A stretch of 64,000 nucleotides of DNA, taken from Chloroflexota bacterium. Its GTDB lineage: Bacteria; Chloroflexota; Dehalococcoidia; Lucifugimonadales; UBA826. Below the pieces are notes generated by a model that was given only the letters and a program-made list of their open reading frames with translations, made no database searches and was not told where the DNA came from. The stretch covers positions 91,644-155,643 of the forward strand of contig PBKS01000001.1 in the NCBI GenBank assembly GCA_002722155.1, read 5' to 3'. Shown here in pieces: positions 20,147 to 29,396 of the stretch. How positions within the stretch are numbered: the first letter of the stretch is position 1; each line of letters starts with the position of its first letter. The position numbers and the translations under genes were made by a program.

Positions 20147-20914
20147 ATGTCTAATACATTATTTGACCTAAAAGGAAAAACAGCTTTGATAACTGGTGGT
20201 AATGGTGGCATTGGACTTGGGATAGCAGAAGGATTTGCGGAGTCTGGGGCAAATTTGGCCATTGCAGCTAGAAATACTGAGAAAACACAAGAGGTGGTAA
20301 CAAAATTTAATGGTAAGAATACTCCTACCATTGGCATAGAGGTCGATGTGTCAGACCTCGCGTCTGTAGAAAATATGGTCGCAGATACACTCAAGGCTTA
20401 TGGAAGCATCGATATACTGGTTAACAATGCCGGTATAGGTATTCGAAATTTACCTCAGGAATACGATATAGAAGATTGGAACAAGGTAATAGATATAAAT
20501 CTGACTGGGGCTTTTCTGAGTTCAAAGGCTGTCTATCCAAGTATGAAAAAACAGGGAGCAGGAAAAATCATTAATATAGGTTCCATGACCTCAATATTTG
20601 GGTTAGATTGGGCGGTCGCATACGCGTCAAGTAAAGGTGGGATTGTACAACTCACCAAAACTTTGGCAGTATCTTGGGCCAAGGACGGTATACAGGCCAA
20701 CACTATATTACCCGGCTGGATCCACACGGACCTTACCCAGGGTATTAAAGATAATTATAAAAATAGATACGATCATATACTTTCCAGAATTCCTGAGAAT
20801 CGATGGGGGGAGCCAGCTGACCTTTCAGGTACTGCCATTTTTCTCGCAAGCGACGCTTCTAACTATGTGACAGGTGTTTCTATCCCCGTCGACGGTGGAT
20901 ATACTTCCTTCTAA
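20147..20914 (+). CDS. Short-chain dehydrogenase/reductase (KduD/gluconate-5-dehydrogenase-like)
   Basis: TGGNGGIG, NNAG, YASSKGG, VDGG; AGGAG RBS. Confidence 0.93.
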   Translation: MSNTLFDLKGKTALITGGNGGIGLGIAEGFAESGANLAIAARNTEKTQEVVTKFNGKNTPTIGIEVDVSDLASVENMVADTLKAYGSIDILVNNAGIGIRNLPQEYDIEDWNKVIDINLTGAFLSSKAVYPSMKKQGAGKIINIGSMTSIFGLDWAVAYASSKGGIVQLTKTLAVSWAKDGIQANTILPGWIHTDLTQGIKDNYKNRYDHILSRIPENRWGEPADLSGTAIFLASDASNYVTGVSIPVDGGYTSF

Positions 20915-20916
20915 GT

Positions 20917-21173
20917 TTGTACCCCATATTAGAAGCAATTAAATTTATTATCGAAAATCAAATTGACTGGGTGGCTTTCAACAGACCTGAATAACATAAG
21001 GCCATCACCTATGGCGTTTGGTTGAAATTAACAGAAATTGTTAACAAAACAAAAAAGATTCATCAATCCGGACAGCCGTATTCTCCCGAAAGGGAGAAAA
21101 GGCATTCTCAGCAGGAGCTGATATTAAAAATTTCGAAACATATCGGAAGGATTCCTAAAGCATTAAAATCTAC
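20917..21173 (+). pseudogene. Truncated enoyl-CoA hydratase/isomerase (crotonase) remnant
   Basis: Frame from 20941 reads KFIIENQIDWVAFNRPE*HKAITYGVWLKL (TAA 20992). After a frameshift in the A-run near 21051 it reads DSSIRTAVFSRKGEKAFSAGADIKNF, then TAA 21156. Confidence 0.8.
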
Positions 21174-23291
21174 TCAAACGCTATCTTGTAGGAATTCCAA
21201 AATACGCCGCTCCATGTATACTCTATCCTCAATTCGACGTGGCATATGTCTTTCCTCTGGAAAAACTAGCAGGTCATAATGCTTACCAGCCCCATTAAGC
21301 GAATTTATTAGGCGTGCCGTATGCCTAAAATGGACATTCTCATCCACAAGGCCGTGAACCAGCAAAAGTTTCCCTTCAATTTCAGGCACATAGGACATAA
21401 CACTACTTTCTTTGTAGCCATTTAAATTCTCATCGGGCATCCCCATATATCTTTCCGTGTAATGAGTATCATAGCCATCCCAACTAGTAACTGGAGCCCC
21501 TGCGACTGCAGCCTTGAACAAATCCGGCCGCTTGGCTAAACACATTAAAGACATATACCCCCCATAGCTCCACCCATATACTCCTATTCTCTCTTCATCA
21601 ACAATCCCCTTCTCGATTAGGTAATTGAGTGCAAACGACTGATCTTCAACTTCAACTTTTCCCATTAAATTTTTGATTGGTGATTCAAATTTTGACCCTC
21701 TTCTAGAACTGCCTCTGTTATCAACTACCACTACCAAATATCCATTTTCCCTTAAATACTGGGCCCTTAGTGAGGCCGTCATCATCCATGAATTAGTAAC
21801 CAACTGAACATGTGGTCCCCCATATACACTAAGCACTGTGGGATATGGGGCTTTAAATTTATTCGGGTTTGGATAATATAAGGCACCTGAAAGTTCAGTG
21901 CCGTCTTTTAAAGTTAATTCAAAAAATTCCGGCGGTTCTAATTTATATCTATCGATTCGTTCGTCGGCAGGTTCATGTATTACCATTTCCACACCATAGT
22001 CGTCTTCTAATGACCGCAAAACAACTGTCGGAGGAGATGACAAAGAATTATAAACATTGACGAACAATTTAGACTTAACACTGATGGATACGTTATGGAT
22101 ACCACTTTCAGAGGTGACCTTCTCTAAACCTTCTCCTTTCATAGACATTTTATAGAGATGTCTTTCTCTGTAGCTGTCTTTAGTTCCTGTAAAAAAGATA
22201 GTCTCATTTACTTCATCTACGGATTCAATTGAGTCAACCTGCCATTCCCCTTCAGTTAACCTCAATAGGTCCCCTTCTCTAAAAAGATAAATATGATTGA
22301 AGCCTGTCTTTTCGCTGGCCCATAGGAATCCACCTGATGACAGGGGCTTCAACATATTATGTAGATTGATCCAGGTCTCTGAATCTTCCTGCAACACTGT
22401 TGTAAGGGTCATATCTTCTATTGAAAATCTACGGATTTTGAGATGCTGTTGGTCACGTGATTCGGTTTGGATTGCCAATGAATTATCGGGAAACCAATCC
22501 AATCTGGCTATGTATTCATCTTCAGTTGATTCCACCCAAATACAATCTTTTGAATCTACTTCTACAATCCCAACTCTAACACTAGGATTATCTTGTCCTG
22601 CAAAAGGGTATCGGTGAGATTCGCTCGCGTTAGATCCCACTGAATCAGAACCAACATGATTTATGAAAAACTCTGGAATATGTTTCTCAGTTACTTCCGT
22701 GAATGCCACATAATAACTGTCTGGAGACCACCAGTACCCAGTGCTCCTACCCATTTCTTCTTGAGCTATATAATCTGCCAAACCTCTTGTGGAATCACAT
22801 TCCCCTTCAGTCAATTTAAAAGAGGCTCTAGATTTAACTTCTATCAAATGAATGTCACCGTTCCTGACAAAGGAAACAAACTCTCCATTGGGTGAAGCTT
22901 TAACATCTAAACACGGATGATCTGAAGCAGGCATTAATAGCTCTGGAGCAGAAAAGGGATCATCCAGCCAATATATATTCCCTTGATATGGTATTAATAT
23001 ATTGGAATCCTTGGCCCAAAAATATTGGGAAATCCCGCCAGACATTTGACGCAATCTTTGCTTACGCAGCTGTTCTTCCAAAGTTTCTTTAGAAGACGAA
23101 TCGCCTAGGTTATCCGCAATCACAAATTCAGACCTATTAACTAAATCTAACCCATATAAAGCTTTATAACCTGATGTATCCGCTGACTTTAGATACGCCA
23201 GGTACTTTCCATCAGGGCTAAAGGAAAACCCGCTAGGGACATCAAGCCCTGGCAATGGAAATTTAGAAATTTCTTCAATAGGTATAGGCAT
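21174..23291 (-). CDS. S9B dipeptidyl peptidase IV family protein
   Basis: IAQEEM, YGGP, GWSYGG nucleophile, DENVH, ERH. Confidence 0.95.
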   Translation of the reverse strand: MPIPIEEISKFPLPGLDVPSGFSFSPDGKYLAYLKSADTSGYKALYGLDLVNRSEFVIADNLGDSSSKETLEEQLRKQRLRQMSGGISQYFWAKDSNILIPYQGNIYWLDDPFSAPELLMPASDHPCLDVKASPNGEFVSFVRNGDIHLIEVKSRASFKLTEGECDSTRGLADYIAQEEMGRSTGYWWSPDSYYVAFTEVTEKHIPEFFINHVGSDSVGSNASESHRYPFAGQDNPSVRVGIVEVDSKDCIWVESTEDEYIARLDWFPDNSLAIQTESRDQQHLKIRRFSIEDMTLTTVLQEDSETWINLHNMLKPLSSGGFLWASEKTGFNHIYLFREGDLLRLTEGEWQVDSIESVDEVNETIFFTGTKDSYRERHLYKMSMKGEGLEKVTSESGIHNVSISVKSKLFVNVYNSLSSPPTVVLRSLEDDYGVEMVIHEPADERIDRYKLEPPEFFELTLKDGTELSGALYYPNPNKFKAPYPTVLSVYGGPHVQLVTNSWMMTASLRAQYLRENGYLVVVVDNRGSSRRGSKFESPIKNLMGKVEVEDQSFALNYLIEKGIVDEERIGVYGWSYGGYMSLMCLAKRPDLFKAAVAGAPVTSWDGYDTHYTERYMGMPDENLNGYKESSVMSYVPEIEGKLLLVHGLVDENVHFRHTARLINSLNGAGKHYDLLVFPEERHMPRRIEDRVYMERRILEFLQDSV

Positions 23292-24628
23292 TAGCGTATT
23301 CGCTGAACTACCTTTCTTGCAGATTTGACCAAGCGGTTAACATGATTTTCATCAGAAAACACATTCAAGGCTCCTGCCGCTCCCGACTGCAACAAAACTC
23401 CCTCATTTAACATACCAACGAAAAAAGCACGTTTCATATCTGAATCAGCATTAACCACATCTCTGTAATTGCTTATGCTGTCCTCAGTGAAATGTATACC
23501 AAAAAGCGATCCAACCCCGGTCACCTGTGCATCCACTCCCAACTCATCAAATACAGCTCTAAGTTGATTTCTCAGTTTATCTCCTAAGTTGTTCATAGCA
23601 TAATAAACATCAGGCGTCAGAAAGTTCATGACCACTTCGCCTGCTCTCATCGTTACTGGATTGGCATTAAAAGTACCGGCATGCGCTATTTCGGCACCAC
23701 CATTCGTAGGATCAAATAAGTCCATTATGTCTCTGCGACCTCCAAAGGCTCCCACAGGCATACCGCCACCTATTATTTTGCCTAAAGCAGTCATATCGGG
23801 AACAACACCAAATAATTCCTGTGCCCCACCAGGCGCAACTCTGAAACTTTGAACTTCATCATAAATCAATACAATTCCTAGCTTCGCCGTAATTCCTCTG
23901 ACAAATTCCAAGTATTCTAAATTCGCCGGAGTGTATCCGAATGATGAGACTATCGGTTCCATAATCACACATGCAATTGTTTCTGAATTTTCTTCCACCA
24001 TCCTTTTTGTCTCTTCAATATCGTTATATGGTACGACTATCACATCCTTCAAAACGGAATCGGGTTGCTTAGAATACTCTGGTATGGCAGTGGTTTTATT
24101 GGGGGCTAAACTATTTTTACTCGGATATACACTAACTGCTACATATTCGTGTGATCCATGGTAGCCGCCTTCAATTTTTACGATTTTGTCTCTACCCGTA
24201 AATTGACGCGCAGCCCTGATAGCCATCAAGGTAGCTTCTGTACCAGAATTAGTGAAGCGTATGGTATCAACTGATGGTATACGATCCGTTAGTATTTTAG
24301 CCAAGTTTATCTGTGAATCGGTTGGTCCGCTAAATGCTACCCCTTTGTCTGCTTGATCCTTGATTACATCTGCCACATCAGCGTTTGCATGACCTAATAT
24401 TAGGCTCGTTGCATTAATCATAAAATCTAGATACTCATTGCCATCAACGTCGATAATATAATGACCATGCCCGCTTTCGATAAAATGAGGATAGGGCTCA
24501 AAATAAGCGGTCCCTCTTGAACTACCTCCAGGTAAAACCTTTTCTGCCTCTTTTTGCCTTTGGTAGGACCCCTGAGTCCTTGCCACATATTTGTCTATTT
24601 CTTTTTGGGCGATGGAAGACATGTTCAT
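23291..24628 (-). CDS. Class III PLP aminotransferase, GSA-aminomutase-like paralog
   Basis: FTNSGTEAT, GGYHG, DEVQS, LGKIIGGG, HAGTFNANP; lacks the HemL NSPVRAF motif and AGSG loop. Confidence 0.88.
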   Translation of the reverse strand: MNMSSIAQKEIDKYVARTQGSYQRQKEAEKVLPGGSSRGTAYFEPYPHFIESGHGHYIIDVDGNEYLDFMINATSLILGHANADVADVIKDQADKGVAFSGPTDSQINLAKILTDRIPSVDTIRFTNSGTEATLMAIRAARQFTGRDKIVKIEGGYHGSHEYVAVSVYPSKNSLAPNKTTAIPEYSKQPDSVLKDVIVVPYNDIEETKRMVEENSETIACVIMEPIVSSFGYTPANLEYLEFVRGITAKLGIVLIYDEVQSFRVAPGGAQELFGVVPDMTALGKIIGGGMPVGAFGGRRDIMDLFDPTNGGAEIAHAGTFNANPVTMRAGEVVMNFLTPDVYYAMNNLGDKLRNQLRAVFDELGVDAQVTGVGSLFGIHFTEDSISNYRDVVNADSDMKRAFFVGMLNEGVLLQSGAAGALNVFSDENHVNRLVKSARKVVQRIR

Positions 24629-24706
24629 ACCCTCAATAGTTAAATTCGTTTCACCAAGTAGATTTATATTGGTAGAAATAAAATGGTTTTGGAGGCCCCA
24701 GGAAAT

Positions 24707-25546
24707 CTATTTCTTCTTCAAAGTCGTCAAAATTTCATTGAGACTCCCAGATCGAAACCCGTTCATATCCATTGTTACGTATGAGTATCCAATTGATTTG
24801 AAATATTCTGTAATTTCGGTTCTGGTGGGATCGTCCAATAGTGACAAAAAATCTTTAGGTTCAATTTCTATACGGGCTACTGTGTCGTGATGCCTTACAC
24901 GCAGTTGTTTGAACCCTTTAGACCTCAGAAAATGTTCCGCCTTTGCAATCCTGGTGAGAGCTTCTACGGTCACCATAGTGCCATACGGTATGCGGGATGA
25001 CAAACAAGCCTGTGCAGGCTTATCCCAGGTTGGCAATCCCATTTCTTTAGATAAATCCCTTATATCTTGTTTCGTAAGATCCGCCTCCACTAAGGGACTT
25101 CTGACGCCATACTGCTTTGCAGCCTCAAGACCGGGTCTATAATCTCCCAGATCATCCACATTAGTCCCATTTGTAATTACTGCGTAGCCTCGTTGATCTG
25201 CAAATTTGATTAGATGAGAATACAACTCATCTTTACAAAAAAAACATCTATCCGGATTGTTTGCTTGATAGTCCTCTCTCTCCGTTTCTTTTGTTTCAAT
25301 AATTTCATAATGAATTTGCTGATCTGTAGCAAGAGCTATGGCATCTTCTAGTTCAGATGGAGCAAGGCTGGGTGAATTGGCAGTTACCGATAAAGCTTTA
25401 TCGCCTAAAACTTCATGAGCTATCGCTGCTAAAAAAGCACTGTCCACGCCGCCTGAATAAGCAACAATCACACTTCCCATATCATTTATGATATTTACAA
25501 GTTGCTGCCTTTTCTCCTCAACAGATTTTTCAGTTATCTGTACCAT
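24707..25546 (-). CDS. larE: LarE ATP-dependent sulfur insertase (NPN cofactor biosynthesis); start ATG 25546 or GTG 25558
   Basis: PP-loop AYSGGVDS, RCFFCK, DDLGDYRPG, WDKPAQACLSSRIPYG, RVRHH, GFRSGSLN. Confidence 0.93.
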   Translation of the reverse strand: MVQITEKSVEEKRQQLVNIINDMGSVIVAYSGGVDSAFLAAIAHEVLGDKALSVTANSPSLAPSELEDAIALATDQQIHYEIIETKETEREDYQANNPDRCFFCKDELYSHLIKFADQRGYAVITNGTNVDDLGDYRPGLEAAKQYGVRSPLVEADLTKQDIRDLSKEMGLPTWDKPAQACLSSRIPYGTMVTVEALTRIAKAEHFLRSKGFKQLRVRHHDTVARIEIEPKDFLSLLDDPTRTEITEYFKSIGYSYVTMDMNGFRSGSLNEILTTLKKK

Positions 25547-25570
25547 ACCAATCCTCACTTTACCTTAATG

Positions 25571-26446
25571 CTACTCAGCCATCATTGCTTCCACAATTGA
25601 CTTCATCTCACCTGAATAAAAATCATAAGACCTATTCTGATACTTTAGTATCTTCTGGGACTCAGTCGTATCGTACCAATCATTCCAACCTGGTTCTTCT
25701 CGGTATACTGCCATACCAACAGGAGCTCCCATAAAATTGAAGAAATCTTCAACATAATCTTTTCCGGTTAATCGCCAAGTTGAACCGCCAGCAATGTTAA
25801 ATATATTGCCTACCGCCTCAGGATTCTCCACCGAAGATTTTATAGCATCAGCCACATCATCTCTGTGGACCATTTCTACTCTTTGTGCAGAGGTAAAGGG
25901 CCACGGTTCAGGAGGTTCCAAAAAAGCCGGAACTGCAATACTTGCTATCCGTAGTATCACAAAATTTACGCCAGAACCGATGAGAATCTTTTCTCCTGCA
26001 ATTTTACTATCCGCGTATATGTCTATAGCATTTTGTGGTTGATTAATACTAATTGGGTCAGACTCGTTGGAGGTGTCCCCATATGTACTGATTGAAGAGG
26101 TAAAAACCAATGGGGCTTTCGAGGCCTGAGTGGTGAGAGCGTCAACTATATTTCTAGTGCCCTCCACATTTACTGCAAATGTTTTATCTCTATCACGTTC
26201 ACTGGCCGGGGGTAAAAGTGCCGCCAAATGGAGAATTCCTCCTACATTGTGGACAGCCTCACTTACCGATTCACTGTCAGTGATATCTCCCTTCACTACT
26301 TCCACATTTGGTTCCCCTTCCAACCCTGTGAAATCCATGAATGGCAGATCAAATATACGCACAGGTCTTCCCTCCGCCAGAAACATAGCAGCCAATTGTC
26401 TACCCACACTCCCTGCTCCGCCTGTTATCAATACTGGATTACTCAA
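25571..26446 (-). CDS. NAD-dependent epimerase/dehydratase (extended SDR)
   Basis: TGGAGSVG, HLAA, YADSK; 4-nt overlap with the upstream gene. Confidence 0.9.
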   Translation of the reverse strand: MSNPVLITGGAGSVGRQLAAMFLAEGRPVRIFDLPFMDFTGLEGEPNVEVVKGDITDSESVSEAVHNVGGILHLAALLPPASERDRDKTFAVNVEGTRNIVDALTTQASKAPLVFTSSISTYGDTSNESDPISINQPQNAIDIYADSKIAGEKILIGSGVNFVILRIASIAVPAFLEPPEPWPFTSAQRVEMVHRDDVADAIKSSVENPEAVGNIFNIAGGSTWRLTGKDYVEDFFNFMGAPVGMAVYREEPGWNDWYDTTESQKILKYQNRSYDFYSGEMKSIVEAMMAE

Positions 26447-26766
26447 GTTAAGGTCGTTCCTTTCATACCGGCTTTTTCGATCAAATTTTGAGAGCTCGCT
26501 ATTAAAGTTTCCACAGCGGCCTTCATCCCATCCCAGTCATTAGCATTTTTTAGTTCCAGGGCTAATGCGGCATCTCTCATAGCTGTGCGCGTAACTGGAA
26601 CACTTGGCATTGTTTTAAAGAAAAATGTCTCACTCACCTCTTCAAATTTCTCTACTATCTCTACAACCGAATTTTCCCAATCTTGATTTTGCGTACCAAG
26701 GCCATCTGCGATAGATTTACAAGTAGATATTGTCTCATCGAGCATTTCTTGTCCTGATTGCGGCAT
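26443..26766 (-). CDS. Hypothetical all-helical protein, 107 aa
   Basis: GGAGG RBS, translational coupling to the epimerase, amphipathic helical pattern. Confidence 0.75.
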   Translation of the reverse strand: MPQSGQEMLDETISTCKSIADGLGTQNQDWENSVVEIVEKFEEVSETFFFKTMPSVPVTRTAMRDAALALELKNANDWDGMKAAVETLIASSQNLIEKAGMKGTTLT

Positions 26767-26805
26767 TTACAGAATTCCTCCCAATTATGATTTTGGCTAA
26801 AAATT

Positions 26806-26836
26806 AAAGGGCGGCCACTAAGTGGTCGCCCTTTTT
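26806..26836. terminator. GC hairpin (terminator or mRNA stabiliser) after the DUF362 gene
   Basis: AAAGGGCGGCCAC-TAA-GTGGTCGCCCTTT with T-rich tails on both strands. Confidence 0.7.
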
Positions 26837-26866
26837 GTGTCCAATTCCTAAAGGCAGCGAACTACC

Positions 26867-28279
26867 CTAATCGGCGCCATCAGCATGAACTGACTCACCT
26901 ACTTCCGTTATTTCTGGCGAATCTTCATAGTGATGTTTCACCTTATCTAGATCAACAACATCCAACCTGTTGAAGCCTTTACCATCATACTTGTCGTATG
27001 GAAAGGGTTGGAATTTCTCGAATCTTTCTCCGAACCTTTGCCTGCTTGGCCTGGTATCGTAAGGGAACCTGAAACGTTCTGGGCTATCAGGCTCACATTC
27101 AATTAATTCATATTCTCTACTACCAAGACCTATTTCATGACCCGTATTAATACTAGTAACTTCACTTTGACCATGGAATGTTGCAGCCGCCGCCTCAAAT
27201 TTTTTATCTCCTGCATGATGTGCTTCCATCATTTCAGCAGCAGACCCTTTTATACCCTCGGCTTCCCTAGCCTTGTCAACACAGGCCATATCTATGGCTA
27301 CTGGATCCTTACTGGCGAAAACTCCGAGATGGGGAACTATAGGCACATCCGCGTGATTTGCGCAATCACAGCGAGGCGAAACGTCCAACGCCATGTTAAT
27401 ATACCCCACCTTGTCTCTACCCACTGCTTTCTCCACACCTAAGCAGGCGTCAGCAATAGCTGCATCAACAGCATCAAACTGAACAGGAGGAATATCCATC
27501 AATCCCCGCGGTCCCATTACGCCGAAACAGCCTAAGCAATTTGCGCACTTATCCCCATCCCATTCAAGCTCATCTTTTTCGTTTATGTGGTAAAGGTTAA
27601 AGGGACAGCAATCTTCCAATATTTCCCAATCTGGAGTGTTCGCCTTGCCTTTGAAGTTTTCCGGATGGAAAACACCGGCTGCTCCTAACCCGTAGGTTGG
27701 ATGACCTCCCATGTGAACATTGAATTTGCCTCGTTTGGATTGTGCTCCAATACCCAAATTCTTTAGTGCTCCACCAATCACACCCATGCTGTGACCTTTG
27801 AAGTGAGTTAACGCGATAAGCGCGTCTGCTGCTGCAATTGCTTGGGCAACATAAGCCTCTTTGAGAATGTATCCCTCTGGAATATCAACTACAAAATCGC
27901 TAGTACCAATAAATCCATCGGCACATATGAACGGGCAGCCTAAAGTTGCAGAGCTATATCCGTTCCTTTCTGCTGTGAGCAATATATCTATTTCAGAAGT
28001 CCTCGAACCCCATGGAGAGTATGAGGATGTCGTTGTGTCACAGACAAACGGGCGACCTCCTAACTCTTTTATTCTATCAGCCAATTGACGAGCATAAAGA
28101 GGCCTCAAGTATGCAGAGTTATTCCATTCTCCGCAGTGTACTTTTATGGCAACAATATCATTCGGCTTTACAATCTCATCTAAACCTGCGGCATCAAAAA
28201 CGGTGATCATTTTCGCCGCCAATGCCGTTTCCGTAGACTCTGAATGGGCATCCATGTAATAAACTGTTGAGTCAGACAT
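26867..28279 (-). CDS. DUF362 domain iron-sulfur protein with LarA-like motif (ORF-track start GTG 28291)
   Basis: VAIKVHCGE, HFKGH...GGALKNLG, CP + CxxCxxC, CDC, ASKDPVAID; GGAGG RBS before ATG 28279. Confidence 0.9.
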   Translation of the reverse strand: MSDSTVYYMDAHSESTETALAAKMITVFDAAGLDEIVKPNDIVAIKVHCGEWNNSAYLRPLYARQLADRIKELGGRPFVCDTTTSSYSPWGSRTSEIDILLTAERNGYSSATLGCPFICADGFIGTSDFVVDIPEGYILKEAYVAQAIAAADALIALTHFKGHSMGVIGGALKNLGIGAQSKRGKFNVHMGGHPTYGLGAAGVFHPENFKGKANTPDWEILEDCCPFNLYHINEKDELEWDGDKCANCLGCFGVMGPRGLMDIPPVQFDAVDAAIADACLGVEKAVGRDKVGYINMALDVSPRCDCANHADVPIVPHLGVFASKDPVAIDMACVDKAREAEGIKGSAAEMMEAHHAGDKKFEAAAATFHGQSEVTSINTGHEIGLGSREYELIECEPDSPERFRFPYDTRPSRQRFGERFEKFQPFPYDKYDGKGFNRLDVVDLDKVKHHYEDSPEITEVGESVHADGAD

Positions 28280-28343
28280 ATTTCCCTCCACTCCTTAATT
28301 TGAGCAAATAGGTACAATTTCCATAGCTAATCATGTGCTGCTG

Positions 28344-28372
28344 AGGTTAGCATTGCTTCCTATCTATGTCAA
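28344..28372 (-). promoter_or_regulatory. Putative sigma70 promoter of the DUF362 cluster
   Basis: TTGACA-N17-TAACCT with an extended -10 TG. Confidence 0.6.
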
Positions 28373-28545
28373 TAATTTAACAAACTTTCCAATCGATACT
28401 AAAATACGATATATAAAGGGGATAAAGCTGACATAAATTTTATCCATACCTTGGAGCGAAATAATACATGCGGATAATTCTGCTGCACCGATACTCCTGA
28501 AATTTGTATCATGACATTACAACAATAGAAGTTAAAGGAAACAAA

Positions 28546-29382
28546 TTGAAAGTCACAGACAGAATAACCAAAATAGTCGTAGGTGGAAATGAGCCAGACC
28601 CCTTCAAATACGGCGGGGTATATCCCCCAAATGTTTTTCTAGTAAATGGGAAAAACAAGTCAGTCTATATAGACACAGCGCATGGCAAACCAGAAGAAAT
28701 CCAAAAGCATCTTTCAATTTGGGAATCACAAGGGGAACCGGAAATAGCCGGAATAATATTGACCCACAGACACAGTGACCACATTGGTGGGGCCCAAGAA
28801 CTGAGTAAGCGAATGGAAGCGCCAGTAATATCTACTTCAGTAGAAAAAATTGCTATCGAAAAAGAATCTTCTGCTAAAGTCAGCATAACTCCTACCGACG
28901 GAGAAAAATTAGATTTAGGAGAAACCACATTGGAATTTGTTCATACCCCTGGGCACACAATGGGCAGCCTGTGTATTTATCTAGAAGAAGACAAAGTCCT
29001 TTTCACCGGAGATAATATTTTAGGTTTGGGAACTACAGTTATTTCTCCTGATGAGGGGAATATGACCTCATACATCAAATCATTACAAAAAATGTTGGAT
29101 TATGACATCGAGAAAATATGCCCTGGCCACGGACCGGAAATAGAAACTCCTATAGAAAAGATACATGAGTTAATTGAGCATAGACATCAGCGCGAAGCAC
29201 AAATGTTAGAGTTGATTACCTCTGGAAAGGATTCTATGGACGATATTTTCAATACTATATATAAAGATATACATCCAGGTCTTCATAATACAGCGAGAAG
29301 GCAGATACAAGCTCATATAAATAAACTGATAGAGGAGAAAAGAATTGAACAAACCGGTAACATTTACGGAATAGTTCAGTAA
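28546..29382 (+). CDS. MBL-fold metallo-hydrolase with C-terminal winged helix (LACTB2-like); start TTG 28546 or 28504
   Basis: THRHSDHIGG, TPGHT, FTGD, PGHG. Confidence 0.9.
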   Translation: MKVTDRITKIVVGGNEPDPFKYGGVYPPNVFLVNGKNKSVYIDTAHGKPEEIQKHLSIWESQGEPEIAGIILTHRHSDHIGGAQELSKRMEAPVISTSVEKIAIEKESSAKVSITPTDGEKLDLGETTLEFVHTPGHTMGSLCIYLEEDKVLFTGDNILGLGTTVISPDEGNMTSYIKSLQKMLDYDIEKICPGHGPEIETPIEKIHELIEHRHQREAQMLELITSGKDSMDDIFNTIYKDIHPGLHNTARRQIQAHINKLIEEKRIEQTGNIYGIVQ

Positions 29383-29396
29383 ATCGGAGACTCTCA

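Noticed and set aside
20960..21125. Hairpins (TTCTCCC-GAAA-GGGAGAA, TTCAAC..GTTGAA) suggesting an sRNA or ribozyme, plus ORF 21022-21279
   Set aside because: Better explained as a crotonase pseudogene, and no ribozyme core is present. The ORF is the frameshifted read-through. A hairpin may still act as a terminator.
23291..24628. Annotating the aminotransferase as hemL
   Set aside because: It lacks HemL-specific motifs and there are no tetrapyrrole genes nearby.
28468..28545. ATG...TGA in frame with the MBL hydrolase as possible Sec read-through
   Set aside because: The extension does not look protein-like, and a better RBS plus TTG start exists at 28546.
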